Shown here: positions 1 through 9,456 of the stretch, in pieces
Layout of the letters: each line of letters starts with the position of its first letter
Numbering within the stretch: position 1 is the stretch's first letter
Assembly: GCA_036259435.1 (NCBI GenBank)
Contig: DATABR010000067.1
Coordinates: 1-53,111, forward strand
Source of the DNA: Glycomyces sp.
Lineage (GTDB): Bacteria; Actinomycetota; Actinomycetes; Mycobacteriales; Micromonosporaceae
Direction: 5' to 3'
DNA length: 53,111 nt
Notes under the pieces: generated by a model
Told to the model about the DNA's origin: nothing
Seen by the model: only the letters and a program-made list of their open reading frames with translations
Databases searched by the model: none
Made by a program: the position numbers and the translations under genes

Positions 1-286
1 GTCCGAACACGTTCTGGAAGATCGCCACCAGCACCGCGTAGACGAGCGTGATCCGCAGCGACGAGAACAGCGTGCCGCTCTCGGCGAGGGCGGTGAAGTT
101 GTCGAACCCGACGGCGTTGATCTCGCTCTTGAAGCTCGACCAGTCGGTGAACGCGTAGACGAAGTTGAACACCGTCGGGACGAAGAAGAACACGACGAGG
201 ATCACGAGCGCCGGAATCAGGAACCACAGCGGATGGTCGCTGCGGCGGCGCGCCGTCCCCTTGGAGGGCATGATGTTCGTGGCCAC
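1..286 (-). CDS. Carbohydrate ABC transporter permease (5' part; runs off the window)
   Basis: Manual translation from GTG at 286 (GAAAGGA RBS upstream): MATNIMPSKG...HPLWFLIPALVILVVFFVPTVFNFVYAFTDWSSFKSEINAVGFDNF, a typical MalF/UgpA-type N-terminus. Lies downstream of the SBP gene. Confidence 0.88.
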   Translation of the reverse strand, partial: MATNIMPSKGTARRRSDHPLWFLIPALVILVVFFFVPTVFNFVYAFTDWSSFKSEINAVGFDNFTALAESGTLFSSLRITLVYAVLVAIFQNVFG

Positions 287-312
287 GATGCGGGTGATCC
301 TTTCCGAGGTGT

Positions 313-403
313 GGGGCGCCGGCCATGCCAATGGACAGCTCGCAAGCGTCGCCGTGGTGCCAATGGACAGCTCGCAAGCGTCGCCGTGGTCGGCCGGCGC
401 CCC
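313..403. repeat. 32-bp tandem duplication enclosed by a 12-bp perfect inverted repeat
   Basis: TGCCAATGGACAGCTCGCAAGCGTCGCCGTGG at 326-357 and 358-389; arms GGGGCGCCGGCC (313-324) and GGCCGGCGCCCC (392-403). Confidence 0.92.
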
Positions 404-413
404 TTGATGCTCG

Positions 414-1730
414 TTAGAAGCCTTCGGCTCCTTGGGCCTTCGCCAGTTCTTCGAACTGGGCCTGGGTCGCCTCGGCGACCTCGGCGGGCGTCTTCGTGCC
501 CTGGATCATGTCGGACAGGTAGATGTACAGGTCGGGGTTGGCGATCGCCAGCGCCTGCATGGAGCCGACCGAGTCCGCGAGTGAGTCGCTGACGGCGAGC
601 AGCGCCTGCGGCACGTCGGCCGGGGTCTCGACGTCGGTCTGGAGCGACACCGTCGACTGCGCGTTGACGAAGTCCTCGTAGCCGTCGCCGAGCCAGTACG
701 AGAGGAGCTGCCGGGCGGCGGCCTCCCGGTCGGCGTCGCCGGTCTTGAACGCGGCCAGCGCGTTGGACTGGTCGGGGATGAAGGTGCCGACGTTGCCGGA
801 CGGGGAGATCGGGAAGAAGCCGATCTTCCGGTCGAGCTCTTCGGTGTCGGCGAGCGACTGGAGCTGCCCGAAGAAGGAGTTGACCTGCATGACCATCGCG
901 GCGTCCCCGGCGAGCAGGGCGGCGCCCTGGTCTTCGAAGGTCGCGGTCTTGATGTCCTCGTTGAACAGGCCCTCTTCGATGAGGCCCTGGTAGGTCTCGA
1001 TGGCGCCCTGGATGGTCTCGTCGGTGAACTGCTCCTCGTTCGCGTTCACGCGGTCCCAGAGCCCGTCGGCGGCGGCGTCGGCGAGCTGCACCTGGACCCA
1101 CCACTGGGTGCCCCAGCGGTCGGCGGCCATCTCGTGGAACGGGGTGACCCCTGCGGCCTTGAGGTCGCGGGCGGTCTGGATGAAGGCGTCCCAGTCGGCG
1201 GGGATCTCAGTGATCCCGCCTGCCTCGAACACCTCCTTGTTGTAGTAGACGCCTTCGACGGCCGGGGTCGTGATGAGCGCGGCGTAGCGGGTGCCGTCGA
1301 GGGTGCCGGTGATGTCGCGCAGCTCGGGCTTGTAGGCGTCGAGCCAGGGCGCGTCGTCGAGCGGCTGGAGGTTCTGGGGGGCGTTGAGCGCGGTCAGCTG
1401 CGAGGCCGTCGGCTGCCAGAACGCGAGGTCGGGCTTGTCGCCGGTGGCGACCTTGGTCTGGACGCCCTGCTCGTACGGGTCGGGGATGGTGACGACCTCG
1501 ACTTGTGCGCCGGTGAGTTCCTCGAAGCCCGCGATCACGCTGTCGGGCACGGTGTTGGAGTTCTGCGCGGCCCAGATGGTGAGGGTGGTGCCGGAGAGGT
1601 CGGCGTCCTGGGCGGGCCAGTCGACCGGCCCGCTCGATTCGTCGGTGCCGGCGCCCGGGTCGGTGCACCCGGTGAGGGCCAGCACGCCCGCGGCGGCGAG
1701 CGCCAGCGCGGTGCGGAACCTGTTCTTCAT
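414..1730 (-). CDS. Sugar ABC transporter substrate-binding lipoprotein
   Basis: MKNRFRTALALAAAGVLALTGC lipobox; SBP_bac_1-like sequence (GDKPDL, YYNKEVFEAGGI, P.DWDAF). True start is probably 1730, not 1976. Confidence 0.92.
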   Translation of the reverse strand: MKNRFRTALALAAAGVLALTGCTDPGAGTDESSGPVDWPAQDADLSGTTLTIWAAQNSNTVPDSVIAGFEELTGAQVEVVTIPDPYEQGVQTKVATGDKPDLAFWQPTASQLTALNAPQNLQPLDDAPWLDAYKPELRDITGTLDGTRYAALITTPAVEGVYYNKEVFEAGGITEIPADWDAFIQTARDLKAAGVTPFHEMAADRWGTQWWVQVQLADAAADGLWDRVNANEEQFTDETIQGAIETYQGLIEEGLFNEDIKTATFEDQGAALLAGDAAMVMQVNSFFGQLQSLADTEELDRKIGFFPISPSGNVGTFIPDQSNALAAFKTGDADREAAARQLLSYWLGDGYEDFVNAQSTVSLQTDVETPADVPQALLAVSDSLADSVGSMQALAIANPDLYIYLSDMIQGTKTPAEVAEATQAQFEELAKAQGAEGF

Positions 1731-1740
1731 TGCCTTGCTC

Positions 1741-3858
1741 CTACTTCTGTCGAAGGGCTGGGGAATCGGTGCTGAGGTGCAGGGTGCGGGCGGCGATGTC
1801 GGCGTCGCCCGCCCGCACGGCGAGGGTCCCGGTCGAGGGGTCCCATGCGGTCTTCCATTCGGGGAGGTCGGCGGGGAACACCGTCGTGACGGTGACGTCC
1901 CTGCCGGCGAAGTGCGGGAAGCGCAGTTCGGTGGTCGGCGGCCCGCCGCGGCGCCAGACCGAGACGAGTTCGTCACCGGTCCCGTTCTCGACCGAGTCGC
2001 GCAGCCCGAGGGCGATCCACGGCTCGGTCCAGCCGGGGAGCCCGGCGGGCCAGTGCGGTCGGCCGTTCGCGACGGCGCCTCGCAGCGTCTTCGCGGCGGC
2101 GATGGCCTCGGCGACGGTGCGGCGCTGCCGCTCGTTCATCCGGTTCAGGTGGCCGGAGACGTAGAAGCGGCCGAGGAGTCCGGTGACGAGGCAGAACGCG
2201 GCCTCCTCGTCGGACATGCCGGGCTGGGGGTAGGCCCAGCTGGCGGCCTGTTCGGGCAGGAGCGCGATCGGCGCGGCGGCGGCGATCGGCGGGAACCTGG
2301 TGAAGTCCTGCTGGTCCGAGGTGGACTGCATCGCCAGGCGCGAGAGCATCGCGAAGTCCATGCGCATCGCGCCCGAGGAGCAGTTCTCGACCACGAGGTC
2401 CGGGTGGCGGTCCAGGAGCCGGTCGAGCCAGGCCAGGTGGGCGCGGTTGTGCTCGAGGAGGCCGTCGCCGACGCTGTCGGCGTCGCGGTCGGTGCCCGGG
2501 CCGGGGTCGATGTTGTAGTCTAACTTGAAGAAGCCGATGCCGAATTCGGCCACGAGCCGGTCCACGACGCCGTCGAGGTGCCGCACTGCGGCCGGGTGGC
2601 GCAGGTCGAGGTGGTATCGGTGGTGTTCGACGATGCGCTGGCCGTGCCGCTGGAGGAACGCCTCGCGCGGGAGCGATTCGGCGACGGGGCTGCGGACGCC
2701 GACGACCTCGGGTTCGAGCCAGAGGCCGGGGACCATGCCGGCGTCTCGGACGGCGTCGATGACCTCGCCGAGGCCGCCGGGGAAGCGGGTGGTGGAGGGC
2801 TGCCACTCCCCTACGGTGGGCCACCAGTCGCCGCTGTCGTCGTACCAGCCGGCGTCGATGCAGAAGATCTCGGCGCCCGCGTCGGCGGCGGCGGCGATGA
2901 GCGGGAGGAGCTTCTCGGTGGTCGGATCGCCGTCGAGGGTGTTCATGTAGTCGTTGAAGACCACGGGCATGGCGGCGTTGTCGGGGTGGGGGCGGCGGGC
3001 GGCGCGGCGGAAGTCGGTCAACGCGGCGACGGCGTCGGTGAAGTCGCTTCCGGCGGAAACGGTCACAGGAACCGAAGTGAACGTCTGGCCGGGGCGCAGG
3101 ACGCGGGTCCAGGCCGAGTCGGTGTCGGTGGGCCCGGAGAGGCTGAAGTAGGCGCCGCGGAGGTCTTCGCCGAGTTCCCAGCGCCAGGCGCCGTTGTGCT
3201 CGATCTGCCAGGCGAAGGCGAGGCCCGCGGTCTCGAGTCCGGCGACCGGGAGGTGGTGGCCGGTGGACCAGGTGCCGTCGGAGGTGACCGACCAGTGCCC
3301 GCGGGGGTCGTGATCGCCGGCGAGTTCGGTGGAGAGGCCCGGGAAGTCGTTGCCGCGTAGTGGACTGCGGGTCCAGCGGCCCTCGCCGAACCAGTCGCTC
3401 ACGCCGTGGACCCGTTGCCAGCCTTCGAGGTTGTCGTCTCGGCCAGGCTGGGTGAAGCCCATGGACCAGGAGGCGACGGAGCGCAGGACCAGGGTGCGGC
3501 CTTCGGTGGCGCGGACTTCGACGCGGGAGCGGACGGCGGCTCCGGCTCGGTCCAAAAGTTCGATGATGACCGTGGCGTCGACGCCTTCGGCGGCCTGCTC
3601 GACGACCAGGCGTCGGCCGTCGGCGCCCTGCTCCTCGGTGTGGGAGACGTACCGCAGGAGGGTGCCGAGCTCGGTGTGGACGAGCCGGTCGGCGGCGGGC
3701 TGGCTGCCGTGATCCGCCGTGAGGATCTCGACCAGCGGGATCGCGTAGAGCGGAACCTCCCGGTCGCCGGTGACGCCGGCGATCCGCACGGGTGAGTCCG
3801 CGTCCCACTCGAAGCGGAAACCGAGTCGCGCACTGCCCCAAAACAACTGTCCGGTCAC
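1741..3858 (-). CDS. Alpha-galactosidase, glycoside hydrolase family 36
   Basis: FNDYMNT, IDAGWY, GLWLEPE, FKLDYN (nucleophile), ENCSSGAMRMD motifs; GTG start at 3858 with GAGGGG RBS. Confidence 0.9.
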   Translation of the reverse strand: MTGQLFWGSARLGFRFEWDADSPVRIAGVTGDREVPLYAIPLVEILTADHGSQPAADRLVHTELGTLLRYVSHTEEQGADGRRLVVEQAAEGVDATVIIELLDRAGAAVRSRVEVRATEGRTLVLRSVASWSMGFTQPGRDDNLEGWQRVHGVSDWFGEGRWTRSPLRGNDFPGLSTELAGDHDPRGHWSVTSDGTWSTGHHLPVAGLETAGLAFAWQIEHNGAWRWELGEDLRGAYFSLSGPTDTDSAWTRVLRPGQTFTSVPVTVSAGSDFTDAVAALTDFRRAARRPHPDNAAMPVVFNDYMNTLDGDPTTEKLLPLIAAAADAGAEIFCIDAGWYDDSGDWWPTVGEWQPSTTRFPGGLGEVIDAVRDAGMVPGLWLEPEVVGVRSPVAESLPREAFLQRHGQRIVEHHRYHLDLRHPAAVRHLDGVVDRLVAEFGIGFFKLDYNIDPGPGTDRDADSVGDGLLEHNRAHLAWLDRLLDRHPDLVVENCSSGAMRMDFAMLSRLAMQSTSDQQDFTRFPPIAAAAPIALLPEQAASWAYPQPGMSDEEAAFCLVTGLLGRFYVSGHLNRMNERQRRTVAEAIAAAKTLRGAVANGRPHWPAGLPGWTEPWIALGLRDSVENGTGDELVSVWRRGGPPTTELRFPHFAGRDVTVTTVFPADLPEWKTAWDPSTGTLAVRAGDADIAARTLHLSTDSPALRQK

Positions 3859-3939
3859 GTTACCCCTCGCATGGTCCTCTGGAGCGCGGCCGGGAGAAGG
3901 CCGCGCGGTGGCGGTTGCAGCTCGAACCATAACCAGATC

Positions 3940-3979
3940 TGAAATCGATTTCAAGTTGTGTCTTGAAATCGTTATCAAG
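3940..3979. promoter_or_regulatory. Pair of LacI-type operators in the divergent promoter region
   Basis: Perfect palindrome TGAAATCGATTTCA (3940-3953) and imperfect copy CTTGAAATCGTTATCAAG (3962-3979); central CG is typical of LacI sites. Confidence 0.75.
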
Positions 3980-4048
3980 AATCGGTACCGTCAAGCTGCG
4001 ATACAAGGGTCCGACCCCCGATTTCTCAACGAAGAGAGGACCGCATCC

Positions 4049-6742
4049 ATGAGGAGACTGATGAGTACAGCTGCCGCCGCGGCGGTCGCCGCGACCGCTG
4101 TCACCGGCCTGGCGTCCCCATCCGCCACTGCCGCAGAACCCGATGTGCTCGCCGTGGACTTCGCCGAGCGCACCGGCGACTTCCGCGGCGGCGCTTCCGG
4201 CACGCTCTACGGTTTCGGCGACGAAGGCGCGCCCACGCAGTCGCTGATCAACGGCGCCCACATCACCAACTCGTCCCAGAAGGCGCCTTACGGCACCCAG
4301 CACCCCTCGGGCGACGCCATCAAGATCGAGGACGGCTTCTTCGCCAAGCACGGCGAGGACATGTACGTCTACGTGCAGGACTACTACCCCGACTGGCCCT
4401 ACCACGGCAGCAGGCGCCCGGGCGACACCCGCACGTACAACCTGGAGGACGGCTCCTTCACCGAAGGCGGCAACGGCGTCTGGGACTACCTCGAAGTCGT
4501 CGAGTTCGTCGCCGAGGCCGTCGCGACGGACTCCGACCGGCCCGAGGACTACGTCTTCATCCCCTACAACGAACCCGACGGCGGCAACTGGTACCCGAAC
4601 TGGGGCACCCAGAAGGACCAGTTCCTCGGCGACTGGCAGGCCTCCTACGAGAAGATCCAAGAGGTCTGGGAGCGCCACGGCCTCGGCCACGCGCGCATCG
4701 GCGGCCCCGGCGACACCCGCTGGCAGCCCGAGCGCAGCGCCGACTACCTCGAGTTCACCAAGGCGAACGACTCTTTGCCTGACATCTTCATCTGGCACGA
4801 ACTCGGCATCAACAACCTGGGCAGCTACCGGCAGAACTTCGCCGACTACCGCGAACTCGAAGCCTCCCTGGGCCTCGACCCGATCCCGGTGAACATCACC
4901 GAGTACGGGATGCTCCGCGACATGAGCGTCCCCGGTCAGCTCGTCCAGTGGTTCACCATGTTCGAGGAGACCAAGGTGGACGCCCAGACCGCGTACTGGA
5001 ACTACGCGGGGAACCTCTCCGACAACACCGCCCGCCCGAACGGCGCGAACGCCGGCTGGTGGATGTTCAAGTGGTACGGCGACCTCGACGGCAGCGAGAC
5101 CGTCAAGGTCACCCCGCCGACCCCGAACGGCGTCGACACGCTCCAGGGCATCGGCGCGATCGACGACGCCAACCGCCGGGCCACTCTCCTGTGGGGCGGC
5201 ACGAACAACGACGTGTCCCTCGACCTCAGCGGACTCGACGATTCCGTGTTCGGCAACAAGGTCGACGTCGAGGTCCGCGAGATCGCGCACACCGGCGCCG
5301 AAGGCCTCGCGAACAACCCGCGTGTCATCGCCGCCTACGACGGCCTCAAGACCGATGGCGGCGCGCTGCGGCTCGACGTGCCGACGTACGACCGGTACGC
5401 CGGCTACCAGCTCATCATCACGCCGAGCCAATCCCGGGACGTGGAGGCCGAAGCCGCCGCGCAGCCGTGGCAGGCGTCGATCGAGGCCGAGGACATGGAC
5501 CTCACCGCCGCCACCGTCTACACGCAGGACCCGCAGGCGAACGGCGGCTGGCAGTTCCTCGCCTCCGGCGGCCAGGACGTGGGCTCTTTCAACCAGGTCG
5601 GCTCCCGTGCCGAATGGACGGTGGAAGTGCCGCGCGAGGGCACGTACCGCCTCCAGGTGATCGGCGGTGCGCCCGGCGTGCCGGGCCGGCACGCGCTGTT
5701 CGTCGACGACGAATCGGCGGGCACCGTCCAGTACGCCGCCGACCTCGCGCTCAACGCGAATAGCAAGTGGAAGTACCGCGGCAGCGCCGAGCTTCTGGTG
5801 GACCTGACCGCGGGCAGCCATACGTTGTCGCTCCGGTCCAGTGAGGACGGCGCCACTAAGTTGCCGAACTCGGACATCACGCTCGACAAGGTCGCACTGA
5901 CCTCAGTGGCGGAAGGCGAGCCGACCCTGTACCCGGCCTCGGGCTTCCGCCTGGCGGACGGCGCGTCGCTCACGTGGAACGGGAACACCAAGGGCGGTGC
6001 CGCGATCATTGGCGACGGCCGGGCCGACCTGTACGCGACCGCGATGGAGACCGGCTACTACGACGTGCAGGTGGACTGGGCGTCGACGAAGGCCTCCTCG
6101 GTCGAACTCACGGTGAACGGCGCGAAGGTCGCCGACGTGACCGCCGACGGGGAAGGCAAGTGGCGCTCCACCGCCACTGTCCACCTGAACGAGGGCATCA
6201 ACGAGATCGAACTGCGGTCCCCCGATGGGGCGGTGGTCGGCTCGCTGACGACGGTGCGCGATCGCGAGGCCGACAGTGCCGCCGTCTCGATCGAAGGCGA
6301 GGACATGGCGCTTCACGGCCAGGCGTCGGTGACCGACCTCGCCGACAGCACCGGCACGAACGCCTCGGGAAGCTCCTTTGTGGGCTGGATCGGCAACGGT
6401 GAGGCCAACGCGGTCGAAATCGCCCGCGACGGCTTCGCCGAGGCCGGGGACTACGACCTCACGGTGTTCTACGCCAACGCGGAGACCTCGGGCCAGCACG
6501 ACTACAACCCGCAGGTTGTCGACCGCCGCCTGGAGGTCCAAGAGGGATCGGAGGCGGTGGGCCACGCCTACTTCCGGTACACCTACTCCTGGAACTCGTT
6601 CTCGCAGCGCACCGTCCCGGTGACGCTGTCCACTGCGGACCAGCCCTTGCGGCTGGGCAACGCCGAGGCCTGGGCGCCGAACATCGACCGGGTCGTCATC
6701 GCCCCGCGTCTGCTCGGCGCACCGACGACGACCGTCCGCTGA
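4049..6742 (+). CDS. Secreted GH39-like (clan GH-A) glycoside hydrolase with C-terminal CBM6/CBM35-like modules
   Basis: Signal peptide MRRLMSTAAAAAVAATAVTGLASPSATA; YNEPD acid/base and NITEYG nucleophile motifs; repeated IEAED/IEGED...G.Y.L...L..G.N...D beta-sandwich modules. Confidence 0.78.
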   Translation: MRRLMSTAAAAAVAATAVTGLASPSATAAEPDVLAVDFAERTGDFRGGASGTLYGFGDEGAPTQSLINGAHITNSSQKAPYGTQHPSGDAIKIEDGFFAKHGEDMYVYVQDYYPDWPYHGSRRPGDTRTYNLEDGSFTEGGNGVWDYLEVVEFVAEAVATDSDRPEDYVFIPYNEPDGGNWYPNWGTQKDQFLGDWQASYEKIQEVWERHGLGHARIGGPGDTRWQPERSADYLEFTKANDSLPDIFIWHELGINNLGSYRQNFADYRELEASLGLDPIPVNITEYGMLRDMSVPGQLVQWFTMFEETKVDAQTAYWNYAGNLSDNTARPNGANAGWWMFKWYGDLDGSETVKVTPPTPNGVDTLQGIGAIDDANRRATLLWGGTNNDVSLDLSGLDDSVFGNKVDVEVREIAHTGAEGLANNPRVIAAYDGLKTDGGALRLDVPTYDRYAGYQLIITPSQSRDVEAEAAAQPWQASIEAEDMDLTAATVYTQDPQANGGWQFLASGGQDVGSFNQVGSRAEWTVEVPREGTYRLQVIGGAPGVPGRHALFVDDESAGTVQYAADLALNANSKWKYRGSAELLVDLTAGSHTLSLRSSEDGATKLPNSDITLDKVALTSVAEGEPTLYPASGFRLADGASLTWNGNTKGGAAIIGDGRADLYATAMETGYYDVQVDWASTKASSVELTVNGAKVADVTADGEGKWRSTATVHLNEGINEIELRSPDGAVVGSLTTVRDREADSAAVSIEGEDMALHGQASVTDLADSTGTNASGSSFVGWIGNGEANAVEIARDGFAEAGDYDLTVFYANAETSGQHDYNPQVVDRRLEVQEGSEAVGHAYFRYTYSWNSFSQRTVPVTLSTADQPLRLGNAEAWAPNIDRVVIAPRLLGAPTTTVR

Positions 6743-6790
6743 GGCGACCGGCGGGGGTCCTGGGCGCAAGAGCACCCAGGGCCGTCGTCG

Positions 6791-6838
6791 GACCTGCATT
6801 TCATCGTTGCGGCCGACGGGCTCCGATCCCGTCTGCCG
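6791..6838 (+). pseudogene. Short remnant of an FAD-dependent monooxygenase gene
   Basis: Translates to DLHFIVAADGLRSRLP, matching the DG fingerprint (xxxADGxxSxxR). No surrounding ORF. Confidence 0.45.
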
Positions 6839-6850
6839 ACGCACACGACA

Positions 6851-6890
6851 GAGCGCCCCGTGCGGGGCCGAAGCCGCGCGCGGGGTGCTC
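6851..6890. terminator. GC-rich stem-loop between convergent genes
   Basis: GAGCGCCCCGTGCGG...CCGCGCGCGGGGTGCTC imperfect inverted repeat. Confidence 0.55.
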
Positions 6891-6907
6891 TTCGCTCGCG
6901 GTCGCCG

Positions 6908-7168
6908 TCAGGTCGTCTTGTGGCGGCTCGCCACGATGCCCTCGGCGACGCCGATGAGGAGGACCGCCGCGATCACGGCCACGACGAAGCCGAGCACGTT
7001 CAGTTCGAAGATGTCGCCGGTGCCGAGCAGGTTCGCGATCGTCCCGCCGATGACCGAGCCGACCAGTCCGAGCACGAGCGTGGCGATGATGCCCAGGCGC
7101 TGCCTGCCCGGCGTGACGAGGCGCGCGAGCGCGCCGATGACCAGCCCTGCGACGATGAATCCGATCAT
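6908..7168 (-). CDS. GlsB/YeaQ/YmgE family (transglycosylase-associated) small membrane protein
   Basis: MIGFIVAGLVIGALARLVTPGRQRLGIIATLVLGLVGSVIGG signature; GGAGG RBS. Confidence 0.9.
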   Translation of the reverse strand: MIGFIVAGLVIGALARLVTPGRQRLGIIATLVLGLVGSVIGGTIANLLGTGDIFELNVLGFVVAVIAAVLLIGVAEGIVASRHKTT

Positions 7169-7492
7169 GTCGGGCCTCCCATTCCAGTGTCGTTCGTGAC
7201 GGGCCTCGCCCCTCACCTCATCTTCATCTATCCCCCGGACTGGTGGTCCCGAAACACCGACTCCGTTCGCGGCGCGAGGAGGCCCGCTCACGGGGCCGGG
7301 TCGCCGTCCTTCCAGGCGTCCGTGTCGTCGGTCGACGGGAAGTTCCCCTGGCGGGGCTTGGGCACGTTGCCGGGGCGGGGCCGGTCTTCAGTTCGAGCAG
7401 TCAGCGAGGAAGAGCTGGGTGGCCGGGCCGGGCGGCGGGCCCGGCTTGCCCTGGGGTGCCCAGGTTCGGCCGCTGATGAGCGAGTGCAGGCG

Positions 7493-8272
7493 TCAGGGCT
7501 CGAGGAGGGCTCGGGCGCGGCCCAACATTGCCGGGTCGATCATTTCTCCATTGGGGAGGGTCGCCACGCCGCCGTTTTCCATGGCGTCGACTACGGACCT
7601 TGCCCAGGCTCGATCTTCGGCGCTCGGAGCGAAAGCCTCCCTGATCACAGGGATCTGCTTGGGGTGCACGGCGACCCGGCCGTGCAGGCCGAGGGCCCGG
7701 CCGCGTTCGGTATCGGCGCGCAGGCCGTCGAGGTCCTGGATGTCGGGGTAGGCCGAGAGCATCGGCGGGTCGAGCCCGGCCGAACGGGCGGCCACCAGGA
7801 GGCGGACCCGCATGTGGTCGCGCACGAGGTCGTCGGCGCTGCCGAGGTCGCTGGCGAGATCCGCTTCGCCGAGGGCGATGGCGTGCACGGCAGGATGGGC
7901 GGCGATGGCCGCGGCGGCCTCGAGGCCCCGGGCCGACTCGATGAGCGCGGTCAGCGGGAGCCCGTCGGCGAGGTAGGCGATCGCGTCGAGCTTGCGGGCG
8001 TCGTCCACTTTGGGGATCCGCAGGCCTACATCGGCGCAGGTGGCGCGGATTGCGCGGATCTCGTGGGCGGCATGAGGATTGACCCGGATCTGCACCGCGA
8101 CCCTCGGGGGCGCGGCGAGCCAGGAGACGACGTTCGTGAGCGCCTCCCCCTTCCCTCGGTCGGCCACGGCGTCCTCCAAGTCGAGGATCACGATGTCGGC
8201 GCCGGAGGAGGCGGCCTTGTCGAACCGGTCGGGCCGGTCCCCCGGCACATAGAGGGCACTGAGCGGCCTCAT
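7493..8272 (-). CDS. CitE-like CoA ester lyase (HpcH/HpaI aldolase/citrate lyase beta family)
   Basis: SALYVPGDRPDRFDKA, ILDLEDAV, IRVN, LIESARG, LGEADL, HPKQ, GEMID motifs; ATGA overlap with the upstream gene. Confidence 0.92.
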   Translation of the reverse strand: MRPLSALYVPGDRPDRFDKAASSGADIVILDLEDAVADRGKGEALTNVVSWLAAPPRVAVQIRVNPHAAHEIRAIRATCADVGLRIPKVDDARKLDAIAYLADGLPLTALIESARGLEAAAAIAAHPAVHAIALGEADLASDLGSADDLVRDHMRVRLLVAARSAGLDPPMLSAYPDIQDLDGLRADTERGRALGLHGRVAVHPKQIPVIREAFAPSAEDRAWARSVVDAMENGGVATLPNGEMIDPAMLGRARALLEP

Positions 8273-9456
8273 ATGATTCCTTTCTCCCGCAACAACTCCA
8301 GCTGTTCGCGGGTGACGCCGGCCTCGGCGAGCACGGCGTCGGTGTCCTGCCCGTGGCGGCGGCCCGGCCAGCGGACCGCGCCCGGAGTCTCGGAGAGCCG
8401 GAAGAGCACGTTCTGCATCTTCACCGGACCCAATTCCTCGTCGTCGACCGTGAGCACCGTGCGGATGGCCCGGTACTGCGGATCGGCGAGCACGCCGCGC
8501 ACGTCGTAGACCGGCGCGACCGCGGCTTGGGCCTCCTTGAAGGCCGCGATCACCTCGCCGGTGCGCCGCGCCGCGATCCACGCGGCCACGGCCGCATCGA
8601 GCTCGTCGGCGTGCTCGGCGCGGGTGTGCCCCGAGGCGAACCAAGGCTCGGACACGAGGTCCGTGCGGCCCACGAGGCGCATCACGCGCTCGGCGATCGA
8701 CTGCGAGCTGGTCGAGACGGCCACCCAGTCGCCGTCGCCGGTGCGGTAGACGTTGCGCGGCGCGTTGTTCACCGAGCGGTTCCCGCTGCGCGGCTGGAGC
8801 ACGCCGAGCTGGTCGTAGGCGGTGATCTGTCCACCGAGGAGCATTAGGATCGGCTCGATGATCGCCAGGTCGATCACCTGGCCGCGCCCGTCGCGGTCGA
8901 CGCCGCGCAGGGCCACGAGCACGGCGTAGGCGGCGGCCAGCGCGGCGATCCCGTCGGCGAGGCCGAACGGCGGCAGCGTGGGCGGCCCGTCGGGCTGGCC
9001 GGTGAGCGCGGCGAAGCCGCTCATGGCCTCGGCGAGGCTGCCGAAGCCGGGACGAGACGAATAGGGGCCGGTTTGACCGAAGGCGGTCACGCGGGCGATG
9101 ACGAGTCTCGGGTTGGCGCGGTGGCATTCATCGGGGCCGAGGCCCCAGCGTTCGAGGGTGCCCGGACGGAAATTCTCGATCAGGACGTCGGCGTCGGCGG
9201 CGAGCTTGAGAAGCAGGTCCGCGCCTTCGGGAGTGCCGAGGTCGAGGGTGACGGTTCGTTTGTTGCGCCCCAGGGTCTTCCACCACAGGTTCACGCCGTC
9301 CTTCGCCGGCCCGTGGCCGCGGGCGGCGTCGGGCCGGTCCGGGTGCTCCACTTTGATCACGTCGGCTCCGAAGTCGCCGAGGAAGGTCGCGGCGATGGGG
9401 CCGGCGAAGAGAGTGGAGACGTCGAGGACGCGGAGGCCTTCGAGTGGTGCGCTCAT
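8269..9456 (-). CDS. CaiB/BaiF family III CoA-transferase
   Basis: PLEGLRVLD...AGP...LGDFGADVIKVEHP, RNKR, ADVLIENFRPG, catalytic Asp in GLADGIA. Confidence 0.93.
   Translation of the reverse strand: MSAPLEGLRVLDVSTLFAGPIAATFLGDFGADVIKVEHPDRPDAARGHGPAKDGVNLWWKTLGRNKRTVTLDLGTPEGADLLLKLAADADVLIENFRPGTLERWGLGPDECHRANPRLVIARVTAFGQTGPYSSRPGFGSLAEAMSGFAALTGQPDGPPTLPPFGLADGIAALAAAYAVLVALRGVDRDGRGQVIDLAIIEPILMLLGGQITAYDQLGVLQPRSGNRSVNNAPRNVYRTGDGDWVAVSTSSQSIAERVMRLVGRTDLVSEPWFASGHTRAEHADELDAAVAAWIAARRTGEVIAAFKEAQAAVAPVYDVRGVLADPQYRAIRTVLTVDDEELGPVKMQNVLFRLSETPGAVRWPGRRHGQDTDAVLAEAGVTREQLELLREKGII

Noticed and set aside
326-389. 32-bp repeats as a CRISPR array
   Set aside because: Only two directly abutting copies, with no spacer and no cas genes.
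3770-4048. N-terminal extensions of the GH39-like and GH36 ORFs that appear to overlap head to head
   Set aside because: RBS and signal-peptide evidence place the starts at 4049 and 3858; the interval is a promoter region.
7288-7400. Short minus-strand reading frame ending ...DAWKDGDPAP
   Set aside because: No convincing start codon, RBS or recognisable family.
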